Translations under genes and position numbers: made by a program
DNA from: Tubulanus polymorphus
Lineage: Eukaryota; Animalia; Nemertea
Assembly: GCF_964204645.1 (NCBI RefSeq)
Contig: NC_134026.1
Span: forward strand, 29,546,150 to 29,610,149
Length of the DNA: 64,000 bases
Direction of reading: 5' to 3'
Notes under the pieces: model-generated
The model's input: the letters and a program-made list of their open reading frames with translations, nothing else
Database searches by the model: none
Told to the model about the DNA's origin: nothing
Part shown: positions 1 through 12,592 of the stretch, piece after piece
Numbering within the stretch: the stretch's first letter is position 1
How the letters are laid out: every line of letters starts with the position of its first letter

Positions 1-2939
1 GATGTTCGCTATACATCTGTGACACTATTTCAAAGATACATAAATATGGATGAAAACAAATTCTGACAGATGCAGAGAACGGAACCGATGATAAATCCTT
101 ACTGGACGGAGCGAGATTTTCACTGCCAACATCCAATTTCAAACGCTCTAACTGTTTTTCTTGTTCACGTAAAATTTCTTCGGCTTTTTCGCGTTTGAGT
201 TGTTCATACTGTGGTCTATATTCGCTAGACAAAGACAAGAAAACAAATATTGAACAATCGTGGTAAATCGCAATCAGGGTTCCTACCCATCGGCTATCCA
301 TGGATATAAGGAGTTTTCGGGGAAGTTTTACAGGAGAAAATTAAATATTTCTAGGAAGTGACTGCATCACTTTCATATTGAATTACTGTACTCCTTCTAA
401 ATCAATACTGCTTATTTTGATAAACCGTTAATTCGGTGGTTTTCTATAAAGAAATCTTTATCGTTTACACATCGAAACATGGTTTATAATTTGGTCACCG
501 CCTAATTGCATAAAGAATCGATTTAGTTGTAGTAGTTTACCATACAACTACAAACATTTCTAATTGCCTATTTCTCAAAAAAAGAGTTTTAAAGGAGTTT
601 TGGGTATTCTACTCTAAGTAAAGGAGTTAAGAGCTCAGAATAGAATGCATTTTCTGTTTGGCAGTAGTTTTTAAGGAATGAAGGAGTCGTAGGGAGCTTG
701 TCAATTCAAACAGAACGATTACGAAAAATACATACGTTTCATATTCGCGGGCGGCATCATCAATTGCTTGGAAAAATTCCGGCAAACCATCTCCCGTTAT
801 AGCTGAAACACCGACCGTCTAAAAGCATCACCACAAAACTTTCTTTATCATTTCTAGTCATTGATATGAACGTAATATATCATCCTGGGTCCTGTAGCTC
901 AAAAGTTGGTTAGAGTTTACCAGTGGATAGTTGATATAGTGACAATTGAAAGTTCATTGTTACGACGGTATTTGGTATTTATCCCCCGGTTAATATTGAA
1001 CCAACTTTTGAGCAACTGCCGCCCTGTGTTCGTGTATGAAATACTTACTCGGAGATTTTCATAGAATTCGTCAAGAACTAGACTCATCGAACGAGTTAAA
1101 TTTGATACGTATGACGTTTCATGTTGCAGCGCATCTTGAAACGCTTCGAAATCATTCATCCATTCAACAGCAAAACTATGATCAACGATATCAGTCTGTA
1201 AAATACAATAATCATCAAAATCTATAGGATTAAACTAGTAAATCTAAGAAGAGAATAGTCATGTCTCTAAAGCATGGCACACAAACTGGTAGGTCTCTTT
1301 CTCTTTTGTTTATCGCAAAATGATTAGCATTAAAAAATTGTTCTTTTCGATTATTACATTTGACACTGAAAAAAGTTCAATCTTACCTTATTTAAAACAA
1401 TAATAAAAGGCAATTTGGCTTTGTAAAGAATACTACAGGCGTATAACATATTCGACATGAAGGTGACTGGGTTAACACTTCGAGGCGTATCCATTACATA
1501 CACAATAACCGTCGGGAAGGTTGATGCCTGAACAAAAACACAGCAAAATCTAGTTAAATAACTATTACTAAACAAGACTTAATACACTCTTTATGGAAGC
1601 AAACGTTTGTTGATTTTCAACCTCACTTCTACATGAGTGAGAAGTGGCAATTCATTACCCGCCACATTCTTAAAACCAAGGATAACTGTGCACTTGATGA
1701 ATGGCTCCTAAATAGAACCAACGAATAATTCAATACTCACCAACGTTTCGGTGATAATGCTTCCAGAAGCTGACCACGTGAAAACTTCAATCTGTCCAGG
1801 GGTATCCAGTATAACATATCTGTATCACAATATGAAATCTGTTGTATCATCTATTGCATGGAATAGTACACTTAACAAAACAACTTACTTGCATTCGCGA
1901 GACCGCTTCTCCAGAAAACTCAAAACCTGATACCATATGAAACAAGAAAATCGTTAGAAAAAGAAAAACAAATTTTACAGTTAAAGTGAGTTTCACAGAT
2001 GCACGATTAAGAAAACCTGATCAAATCTTGTAGCGAATAAATTGAGAGATGTAACAATTCCTCCATTAGGTCCAAGTGAATATCTATTACAGGTTAAGAA
2101 ATGATAAAATGTATTGCTACATATTTGTAATATCTATTTCCAAAACAAGCAGCACATCCTGAAGGCTGCAATAGAAGCACAATCTTTAATGAGTTTTTGT
2201 TTGTTTTGATGAAAACTTAATATGCCAGGAGTACATAATTAAAAAAAACGTGGCTGTGATATTTTGACAATCATAGTTTTAATCCATCATTGACTGGTCT
2301 ATTTTGACAAGGATACTGTTTCATGACTTCTTTGTAATTAACAGTATCTCTTATATCTGAAAAAGAATAAAATTAATAAGAAAAAAGAGACAAATTTTGT
2401 CGCCAAACATACTAATATTAGGATCAAAAGTTATTGTATTCACCCAACATCAGGTAAACTGATGATTAAATACTGTGCATACCTACCAATATTAGCAGGA
2501 AATGGCACCTCGTGAACTGCTGGGTCTAAGTTGATGACATAAGGTGGAGTCTTCTTAGCATGAAGATGCGCAGTTAATCTCTGAATGTGAAAAAGTTTCA
2601 AAAAGCTGGTTTTCATAAAGATTCGGTGCTCCCTACTAGGAGTGCCGAATTAGCGAATGATGAAACCGACAGGATGTAGAGTAAGTACACTTCATTATCA
2701 TTATTGTCATGTACAGAAGGCCTACCACAAAATTCTTTAATTTTTACGGGATTAACTCTGTCTGGAGAGGAGACTGGAGTAGGCCTACTGACCTGAACGA
2801 AAGAAGTTTTCCCTGACCCAGCCATCCCCAAAACTATAAAACAGGTTGGCTTCGTTTTTGAAGAACTAGCAGTCGTTGAATCATCACTTTTTTCACAATC
2901 ATCTCCAGTCAGATTTTGGTTTTTCATGGAGGCCGCCAT
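1..2939 (-). CDS. GPN1: GPN-loop GTPase 1, multi-exon, 3' end outside the window
   Basis: ATG at 2939 (MAASMKNQ...). Exon 1 has the P-loop [17 protein letters not shown]. Later exons give [38 protein letters not shown] (GPN motif), [30 protein letters not shown] and DFEAFQDAL. Short GT-AG introns. Confidence 0.95.
885..1026. mobile_element. Small MITE in a GPN1 intron (PIF/Harbinger-like)
   Basis: Inverted ends ...GCTCAAAAGTTGGTT / AACCAACTTTTGAGC..., with CTG on both flanks. Related sequence near 15125-15230. Confidence 0.55.
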
Positions 2940-3206
2940 TATGAATACCAGTGGTCCGGATCCGGCGATTATTCCGGCGATTATTCCAGAGGAGCGATCC
3001 GCTTTTTTCTCCTTCCTGCGTTCGGGTGAGCATGTACGAAATCCCTGGTTGATATTCGAATTTTTGAAGTTTTCACAAGTTTTTCGGTTGTTCGGTGGTG
3101 TACCAGAACACCGTTTCAAGATGGCGGCTATGTAGAGGGCGCCATGGGACAATACAGTGAGAACAGGACCACCGCATACAACACGGGCCGAAAGCATCCG
3201 TAGCAA

Positions 3207-5205
3207 CACTGGTATCAGTAGTATCATCGGTCTCTGAGAGGATCGGACAGTATCACTGGTAACAGTGGTATCGGGGTAGCAGTAGTATCACCGGTCTCCA
3301 GAAGGATCGGGCAGTATCACTGGTAACAGTGGTATCGGGGTAGCAGTAGTATCACCGGTCTCCAGAAGGATCGGGCAGTATCACTGGTATCAGTGGTATC
3401 GGGGTAGCAGTAGTATCACCGGTCTCCAGAAGGATCGGACAGTATCACTGGTAACAGTGGTATCGGGGTATCAGTAGTATCACCGGTCTCCAGAAGGATC
3501 GGACAATATCACTGGTAACAGTGGTATCGGGGTATCAGTAGTATCACCGGTCTTGGAGAGGATCGGGCAGTATCACTGGTAACAGTGGTATCGGGGTATC
3601 AGTTGTATCACCGGTCTCTGGAAGGATCGGGCAGTATCACTGGTAACAGTGGTATTGGGGTATCAGTAGTATCACCGGTCTTGGAGAGGATCGGGCAGTA
3701 TCACTGGTAACAGTGGTATCGGGGTATCAGTAGTATCACCGGTCTCCGAGAGGATCGGGCAGTATCACTGGTATCAGTGGTATCGGGGTATCAGTAGTAT
3801 CACCGGTCTCGGAGAGGATCGGGCAGTATCACTGGTAACAGTGGTATCGGGGTAGCAGTAGTATCATCGGTCTCTGAGAGGATCGGACAGTATCACTGGT
3901 ATCAGTGGTATCGGGGTAGCAGTAGTATCACCGGTCTCCTGAAGGATCGGGCAGTATCACTGGTATCAGTGGTATCGGGGTAGCAGTAGTATCACCGGTC
4001 TCCGAGAGGATCGGACAGTATCACTGGTAACAGTGGTATCGGGGTAGCAGTAGTATCACCGGTCTCCGAGAGGATCGGGCAGTATCACTGGTAACAGTGG
4101 TATCGGGGTATCAGTAGTATCACCGGTCTCCGAGAGGATCGGGCAGTATCACTGGTATCAGTGGTATCGGGGTAGCAGTAGTATCACCGGTCTCCTGAAG
4201 GATCGGACAGTATCACTGGTAACAGTGGTATCGGGGTAGCAGTAGTATCACCGGTCTCCAGAAGGATCGGGCAGTATCACTGGTAACAGTGGTATCGGGG
4301 TAGCAGTAGTATCACCGGTCTCCAGAAGGATCGGACAGTATCACTGGTAACAGTGGTATCGGGGTATCAGTAGTATCACCGGTCTCGGAGAGGATCGGGC
4401 AGTATCACTGGTAACAGTGGTATCGGGGTATCAGTAGTATCACCGGTCTCCAGAAGGATCGGACAATATCACTGGTAACAGTGGTATCGGGGTATCAGTA
4501 GTATCACCGGTCTCGGAGAGGATCGGGCAGTATCACTGGTAACAGTGGTATCGGGGTAGCAGTAGTATCACCGGTCTCCTGAAGGATCGGACAGTATCAC
4601 TGGTAACAGTGGTATCGGGGTAGCAGTAGTATCACCGGTCTCGGAGAGGATCGGGCAGTATCACTGGTAACAGTGGTATCGGGGTAGCAGTAGTATCACC
4701 GGTCTCCTGAAGGATCGGACAGTATCACTGGTAACAGTGGTATCGGGGTAGCAGTAGTATCACCGGTCTCGGAGAGGATCGGGCAGTATCACTGGTAACA
4801 GTGGTATCGGGGTAGCAGTAGTATCACCGGTCTCCTGAAGGATCGGACAGTATCACTGGTAACAGTGGTATCGGGGTAGCAGTAGTATCACCGGTCTCTG
4901 AGAGGATCGGGCAGTATCACTGGTAACAGTGGTATCGGGGTAGCAGTAGTATCACCGGTCTCCAGAAGGATCGGGCAGTATCACTGGTAACAGTGGTATC
5001 GGGGTAGCAGTAGTATCATCGGTCTCTGAGAGGATCGGACAGTATCACTGGTATCAGTGGTATCGGGGTAGCAGTAGTATCACCGGTCTCCTGAAGGATC
5101 GGGCAGTATCACTGGTATCAGTGGTATTGGGGTAGCAGTAGTATCACCGGTCTGGGAGAGGATCGGGCAGTATCACTGGTAACAGTGGTATCGGGGTAGC
5201 AGTAG
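3207..5205 (+). repeat. Left arm array, about 31 copies of a 64-bp unit
   Basis: GATCGG recurs at 3241, 3305, 3369 and onward. Unit: CAGTATCACTGGTAACAGTGGTATCGGGGTAGCAGTAGTATCACCGGTCTCCAGAAGGATCGGG. Confidence 0.97.
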
Positions 5206-5435
5206 ACTTTTTTGCGCCGGACACGTTTGATTAAACCGATATTTCGTTATAAAAGATCTCGTTGTAGCGAGGTTTGACTAGTATTACAGTGGAATTTTTA
5301 TCGGTGGTACATGTATTTATTTTCCAGAGTTGCAAAATTTGGTTTCATTTTTTGGTGCGCCGTATCCACTGCCTGGTAATACTCTCTGTACTAAGTTTTT
5401 TTGACTTTGAATAGTACATAGCAGCTAAGGATCGG

Positions 5436-5574
5436 GGGCCAGTTGCACAGTTTGTGACTTAAGTCCAAAAGTGGTCTTAAATCTTAAGACTGGTCTCAAG
5501 TTGTTTGATTGGCTATAGAACTAAGTTGGTCTTAGACTGGTCTTAAGTTTAAGCCATAACTATGCAACTGGCCC
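5436..5574. mobile_element. Harbinger-like MITE nested in the foldback core
   Basis: TIRs GGGCCAGTTGCA / TGCAACTGGCCC. Flanks CGG / CTG resemble a CWG target duplication. Confidence 0.65.
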
Positions 5575-6437
5575 CTGGAAGATTTGTTGAAGGCGTATCA
5601 AATTATCTAACTTTATCGGGTAATCTCAAACTCAAGCGGGTACAGATCAGTCGTCAGGAAAGATATTCAAAAAAATATTCAACGCAGGCTTAAACTGCAA
5701 ATAACCCTCTTTAAACTCTGTAAAAATTGGAAATATAGCTTTAAGAGATACTTAGATATTTTGAAATTAATGAATGTTGCGATTTCTTTTACGCGCGGTT
5801 AAGATATGCGGTCCTTGGGGTCACATCGTCAGTGTTCTCAATTGTTGCGTTCAAAAATTCCAAGAAACGCCAGCAAATATCTGCATTTCGTTTCCTTAAA
5901 AATGGTGTATAAATTAATTTCGTCGAGCAAGGGACTGCAGAACTATATGATATTCAATCTAAACTTATGTTTTAAAAATGAGTGCAAATTATCGCAACAA
6001 TGGGGACCTCGAGGGACCGCCACAAAATGGCGCCTAGAAACTGGAAACTTCTTTATTTAAAAAAAATTAGTTAAGTCACAAGTCACTCACTAATTAGTGT
6101 TTCTCAATTTTAAACAGCCTAATTAAGTATATTGTAAACAAACATATGCATCAATAAACCAATATCAAGATTGCAGATTAAGACTATGGAGAATAAATCA
6201 TTGCTATTATGTACAATATATGATACAATAAAATGTAAAGTAAAATGTAAATGATACCTGAGAAATATAATCACCAATGAAGTCATACAACACAAAAATA
6301 TCAAAAGCATACAACGCAGTAATGTATCAGATCATCACAGTTTTTATAACATTGAATGAACTACCATTGACCACAACTCAGCCTTAGTAGCATTGGTATT
6401 GAAAATATTTCACCAATTGACTATCGGCTGTGTAAAT

Positions 6438-7182
6438 GAATGCGGGTCATAATACCTCCGCCCAAAATACCTCCACCCAAATATCCCACACCCAGAATCC
6501 CTCCACCCAGAATACCCTCATATGTGTCCAAAATACCTCCAGGCCCTAGATCTAATGGGTTTATGCCTGAAGGACAAAAATTTGAACCTATTAGAAATAT
6601 AATTTTTTAGAATGAATATTTTGTCCCCCCCCCCCCCAAGTTTTAATTTACAGGCAATACTCAAATAAACCAAAGTTCTATAGTTTAAAAGTAGTTAATT
6701 GAGCAAAACAAAGTATAATGTTAATTTCAGTGATCATAGTTGCACTTAAATGGAAATGAACTGAATTCAGTGTGTAAAGCGAAATGTAGTACATTGTTTT
6801 CTTAGATTATAGGACTAATAAATATTCTATAATCTAAATATTGAATAGTTCCCAGAGAAATCTAGCATAAGATTAAAGACATGAGATAAACTAATTAATA
6901 TTCCCAGCCAAAACTAATTGCAAGTGAACATTGTCATTAATTGTTATTCAATTATTATTCAGTAGGTTTATATATACCGTAATACATTATATATGATCCT
7001 ATACATGTATAATAGTCAATATTGGTGGTACTTTAAACATCTAAATAATATAATTATAGTATTTTTTTTAAATTCTGGGTGGAGGTATTTTGGACACATA
7101 TGAGGGTATTCTGGGTGGAGGGATTCTGGGTGTGGGATTTTGGACGGAGGCATTTTGGGCGGAGGTATTATGGGCGTATCCC
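6438..7182. mobile_element. 745-bp non-autonomous TIR element with repeat-built TIRs (MULE-like)
   Basis: About 100-bp inverted ends (CATAATACCTCCGCCCAAAA... / ...TTTTGGGCGGAGGTATTATG) made of ~15-bp subrepeats. 8-bp TSD GTGTAAAT at 6430-6437 and 7183-7190. Confidence 0.85.
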
Positions 7183-7489
7183 GTGTAAATAGAAGGTCCA
7201 TCAAAATACCTATTTGTAAAATTCAACAACTTAAGTGTCATACTAAGTTGACCAGCACTGAGTAAGGCGGACGCAACTGTACACATATGGATGAAGAGTA
7301 TAATTTGGTAACAGGTAAAAATCCCTCCTAGGTAAAAAAAACCCCAAAATCCCCCCAAATTTGATTTCACAGCAAAAGTCAATGAAATACTGTAATATTC
7401 TTTAGTTGAAAAACTTTAATAGTTTTGCAAAAATTTCCAATTTTCCCTGGTGTTTTTCACAATCACCTCGGATAATCTGTGTCTTTTAC

Positions 7490-8180
7490 CGTGCAGTAAA
7501 AATCCCCTTGGTAAAAATCCCCAATTCTTCAAAGTAGGTAAAAATCCCCCTCCTTCTGAATGTAGTTTAAGTAGATACAATCTTAAGGTCAATTAATTCA
7601 TATTTACCGGTATTTCATATTTATGATACACATATCCTATTTATTATTGTGGAACATCATAAGGATATCATGAGTATACAAACTATTGCATATACTACTT
7701 GAATTCAAACATGCTACAAATCAAAAATTCATTAATACTAAATTAGTACTCAAAAGTTATCACACAGCTTAATGAAAGGGTTCTTAGCACTTGTCAAATA
7801 TATTACACTAGTTTGAAACTAAAATATCTAGAATTAAAAGTTCGTTATTGCTCATAATTCATTGCATCGCGCAGCTCAAATATACCACAAGTTAACAAGA
7901 GTTCACAGGTCAAAGATATTCCGGTTCGAATTTAAAGGTATTACAAATAAAAGTGTATTATTCTTATTAATTCTAACAATTTATTGAAATCTAAGAGTTT
8001 ACTTAAGAATTTATCACAACGAAAGATTTCATTGCACAGTCCAAACATATTTCAGTCTCATCGCAAATTAATAAAATTGGAGTATCATTTTGCTTTGAAA
8101 TGGTCTTGAAAATCACCAAGTGGGGATTTTTACCTACTTTGAATATTTGGGGATTTCTACCTAGAAGTTTTTTACCATAG
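7490..8180. mobile_element. TIR element built of GGTAAAAATCCCC subrepeats; a partial second copy lies at ~9660-9972
   Basis: CAAAGTAGGTAAAAATCCCC near 7530 is inverted near 8122-8141 (GGGGATTTTTACCTACTTTG). 7530-7866 recurs, diverged, at 9716-9972. Ends and TSD not resolved. Confidence 0.6.
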
Positions 8181-8274
8181 TGTACACATGATTGTATGCT
8201 GTTCTACTGGACTTGGAGTACTCGCGGCTATACTTATTATTATTCCAAGACTGGACGCAAGTCGTGCTTTCGAC

Positions 8275-8932
8275 GGGTCCATACCTATGTTCCTCGGGTC
8301 CTATGTTCCCCCAAGGGAGATTAAACATAAAAGGGGTTCTATATTCCCCGGATCCGATATTCCTGGAAGATTATGGAAAATGTATAAAAAGGTCCTTTGT
8401 TCCCATGGCCACATACACTCAATTTCGGCGCCGGGAATTCAGAGCATGATAACGCGTCAGGCTGCCAATTAGTTGATGTTGAAAATCGGCACTACATGTA
8501 TCTTTATCTTTATCTTTATTCTATTAAATGAAAATTAACGACATGAATCACAATTAAAAATCTCCCGGGCAAGTTTCAAAGCCTTTTTACAGTGTGACGT
8601 AACTACTGAATAAATTACCTGATCGATCGATTAATTGTCATCTCGAATTTCTCTCGTTAAGTTCTGGCGTTTGCAAAAAATAAAAGCACCTTGTCTGTAT
8701 CAAATTTATAGTATCTAGCAAATACATGACATGATTGATGGACTATTATTAAAAAGCATAGGTATGGACACCGGTCAACGTTTTTATTATTTGGAGAATA
8801 TATGGAACCCTCGTTGTATTATTTCCTTTGGGAGAATATAGAACCCGGGGAATATAGGACCCGGGGAACATGGAACCCGGGGAATATAGGGCCCGGGGAA
8901 CATAGAACCTGGGGAATCTAGGGATGACCCCC
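8275..8932. mobile_element. 658-bp non-autonomous TIR element with 17-bp subrepeats (MULE-like)
   Basis: Left end GGGTCCATACCTATGTTCCTCGGGTCC; right end (GGGGAATATAGGACCC-like)n...GGATGACCCCC. 8-bp TSD CTTTCGAC at 8267-8274 and 8933-8940. Confidence 0.85.
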
Positions 8933-9357
8933 CTTTCGACCGTATTCATTACTCATTACTTTTCAAATCATTACTGAAACGAAGAAAATTTTAATTGATT
9001 TTTATTTCATATGGAAATATGCCGGTTACATGAAACCGGAATTTTTCATTGGATTAAAACAAGGGCCGGGGCTTATTTCTTCTTTGTTTTTCACCGCTTG
9101 CATCGATAGCTTACATAGTTTTGGTAGTCACATAGCCAGATCTTGGAGCGTTAAAATATGCAGGTGGTTTAATTTTACTTGAGCCCATTACAGGATCGAT
9201 AATTCAAATGTAGAACATTTGCGAACAATTTGCGGAAGCGTGTAATATTTCATTTTAAAGAAGTAAATCACATTTTGCATTTTCCTGGATACGTCCTCGT
9301 CAAGTTTTATTACTATTATATTTTCATCACTTGAATTAATTATTTTGTTTTGTAATA

Positions 9358-9448
9358 CAGTCAACCCCCGATATACCATCCACATCGGTGAAGAAAATTT
9401 TGACGGTATAGAGAGTATGACGGTATATATCGTGGGTATTTTACTATG
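9358..9448. mobile_element. Tc1/pogo-like MITE
   Basis: TA|CAGTCAACCCCCGATATA ... TATATCGTGGGTATTTTACTATG|TA, with degenerate TIRs and TA flanks. Confidence 0.55.
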
Positions 9449-9971
9449 TATTTGTTAAGAGATGTACATTGCCCACAATTTAAATTTTTCATCAAATTTC
9501 GCAAATATCTGCTCAGGGTAAAGAAACGTTCTGTTAATTCTGCTGTTCGCGGTAATCTGGGACAGTTCCCTCTACTTATAATTTTCTTGCCACTTATGGT
9601 CAAATAGTGGCTGTGCATCTGTAAAATAGACAGTTCGACGATGGTATATAAAGCGGCTAGTGGTAAAAATCCTCAGGGTTAAATTCCCCTAAAATCCAAA
9701 AATTCCTAAATTCCTCAAAGTAGGTAAAAATCGCCCTCCTTCTGAATTTAGTGTAAGTAGATACAATCTTAAGGTCAATTAATTCATATTTATGATACAT
9801 ATATCTAATTTATTATTGTGGAACATCTTAAGGATATCATGATCATACAAACTTTGAATTAAAACATTACTACAAATTAACACAGTTCATCGCACATTTC
9901 AAATATACTACACTAGCTTGAATCTTAAATATCTAGAATTAAAAGTTCACTATTGCTTATAACTTCATGGC

Positions 9972-12592
9972 ATACTGCCCGATCCTCTCCCAGACCGGTG
10001 ATCCTACTGCTACCCCAATACCACTGATACCAGTGATACTGTCCGATCCGTCAGGAGACCGGTGATACTACTGCTACCCCGATACCACTGTTACCAGTGA
10101 TACTGTCCGATCCTTCTGGAGACCGGTGATACTACTGATACCCCGATACCACTGATACCAGTGATACTGCCCGATCCTTCTGGAGACCGGTGATACTACT
10201 GCTACCCCGATACCACTGTTACCAGTGATACTGCCCGATCCTTCTGGAGACCGGTGATACTACTGCTACCCCGATACCACTGTTACCAGTGATACTGTCC
10301 GATCCTCTCCGAGACCGGTGATACTACTGCTACCCCGATACCACTGATACCAGTGATACTGCCCGATCCTTCAGGAGACCGGTGATACTACTGCTACCCC
10401 GATACCACTGTTACCAGTGATACTGTCCGATCCTTCTGGAGACCGGTGATACTACTGCTATCCCGAAACCACTGTTACTAGTGATACTGTCCGATCCTTC
10501 AGGAGACCGGTGATACTACTGCTACCCCGATACCACTGATACCAGTGATACTGCCTGATCCTCTCCGAGACCGGTGATACTACTGCTACCCCGATACCAC
10601 TGTTACCAGTGATACTGTCCGATCCTTCAGGAGACCGGTGTTACTACTGCTACCCCGATACCACTGATACCAGTGATACTGCCCGATCCTCTCCGAGACC
10701 GGTGATACTACTGCTACCCCGATACCACTGTTACCAGTGATACTGTCCGATCCTTCAGGAGACCGGTGATACTACTGCTACCCCGATACCACTGTTACCA
10801 GTGATACTGCCCGATCCTTCTGGAGACCGGTGATACTACTGCTACCCCAATACCACTGATACCAGTGATACTGCCCGATCCTTCAGGAGACCGGTGATAC
10901 TACTGCTACCCCGATACCACTGTTACCAGTGATACTGTCCGATCCTTCTGGAGACCGGTGATACTACTGCTACCCCAATACCACTGATACCAGTGATACT
11001 GCCCGATCCTTCAGGAGACCGATGATACTACTGCTACCCCGATACCACTGTTACCAGTGATACTGTCCGATCCTCTCAGAGACCGATGATACTACTGCTA
11101 CCCCGATACCACTGTTACCAGTGATACTGTCCGATCCTCTCCGAGACCGGTGATACTACTGCTACCCCGATACCACTGATACCAGTGATACTGCCCGATC
11201 CTTCAGGAGACCGGTGATACTACTGCTACCCCAATACCACTGATACCAGTGATACTGCCCGATCCTTCAGGAGACCGATGATACTACTGCTACCCCGATA
11301 CCACTGTTACCAGTGATACTGTCCGATTCTCTCAGAGACCGATGATACTACTGCTACCCCGATACCACTGTTACCAGTGATACTGTCCGATCCTCTCCGA
11401 GACCGGTGATACTACTGCTACCCCGATACCACTGATACCAGTGATACTGCCCGATCCTTCTGGAGACCGGTGATACTACTGCTACCCCGATACCACTGAT
11501 ACCAGTGATACTGCCCGATCCTTCTGGAGACCGGTGATACTACTGCTACCCCGATACCACTGTTACCAGTGATACTGCCCGATCCTTCTGGAGACCGGTG
11601 ATACTACTGCTACCCCTATACCACTGTTACCAGTGATACTGTCCGATCCTCTCCGAGACCGGTGATACTACTGCTACCCCGATACCACTGATACCAGTGA
11701 TACTGCCCGATCCTTCAGGAGACCGGTGATACTACTGCTACCCCGATACCACTGTTACCAGTGATACTGTCCGATCCTTCTGGAGACCGGTGATACTACT
11801 GCTACCCCGATACCACTGTTACCAGTGATACTGTCCGATCCTTCTGGAGACCGGTGATACTACTGCTACCCCGATACCACTGATACCAGTGATACTGCCC
11901 GATCCTTCAGGAGACCGATGATACTACTGCTACCCCGATACCACTGTTACCAGTGATACTGTCCGATCCTCTCCGAGACCGGTGATACTACTGCTACCCC
12001 GATACCACTGATACCAGTGATACTGTCCGATCCTTCTGGAGACCGGTGATATACTGCTACCCCGATAGCACTGATACCAGTGATACTGCCCGATCCTTCT
12101 GGAGACCGGTGATATACTGCTACCCCGATAGCACTGATACCAGTGATACTGCCCGATCCTTCTGGAGACCGGTGATACTACTGCTACCCCGATACCACTG
12201 TTACCAGTGTTACTGCTCGATCCTTCTGGAGACCGGTGATACTACTGATACCCCGATACCACTGTTACCAGTGATACTGTCCGATCCTCTCGGAGACCGG
12301 TGATACTACTGCTACCCCGATACCACTGATACCAGTGATACTGTCCGATCCTTCAGGAGACCGGTGATACTACTGCTACCCCGATACCACTGTTACCAGT
12401 GATACTGCCCGATCCTCTCCGAGACCGGTGATACTACTGCTACCCCGATACCACTGTTACCAGTGATACTGTCCGATCCTCTCCGAGACCGGTGATACTA
12501 GTGATTCCACGATACCACTGATACCAGCGATACTGTCTGATCCTCTCCGAGACCGGTGATACTACTGATACCCCGATACCACTGATACCAGT
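9972..12592 (-). repeat. Right arm array, about 41 copies of the same 64-bp unit, inverted
   Basis: Reverse complement of the left-arm unit (…GATACTGCCCGATCCTTCTGGAGACCGGTGATACTACTGCTACCCCGATACCACTGTTACCAGT…), period 64. Confidence 0.97.

Noticed and set aside
2940-3227. N-terminal extension of the 204-aa ORF as part of GPN1
   Set aside because: The upstream part runs through the transposon TIR. GPN1-like sequence starts at the ATG at 2939.
3207-12592. 64-bp arrays as a CRISPR array or a repetitive coding gene
   Set aside because: There are no unique spacers or cas genes, and the context is eukaryotic. The period is not a multiple of 3 and frames hit stops. The short ORFs at 12046 and 12440 are by-products of the repeat.
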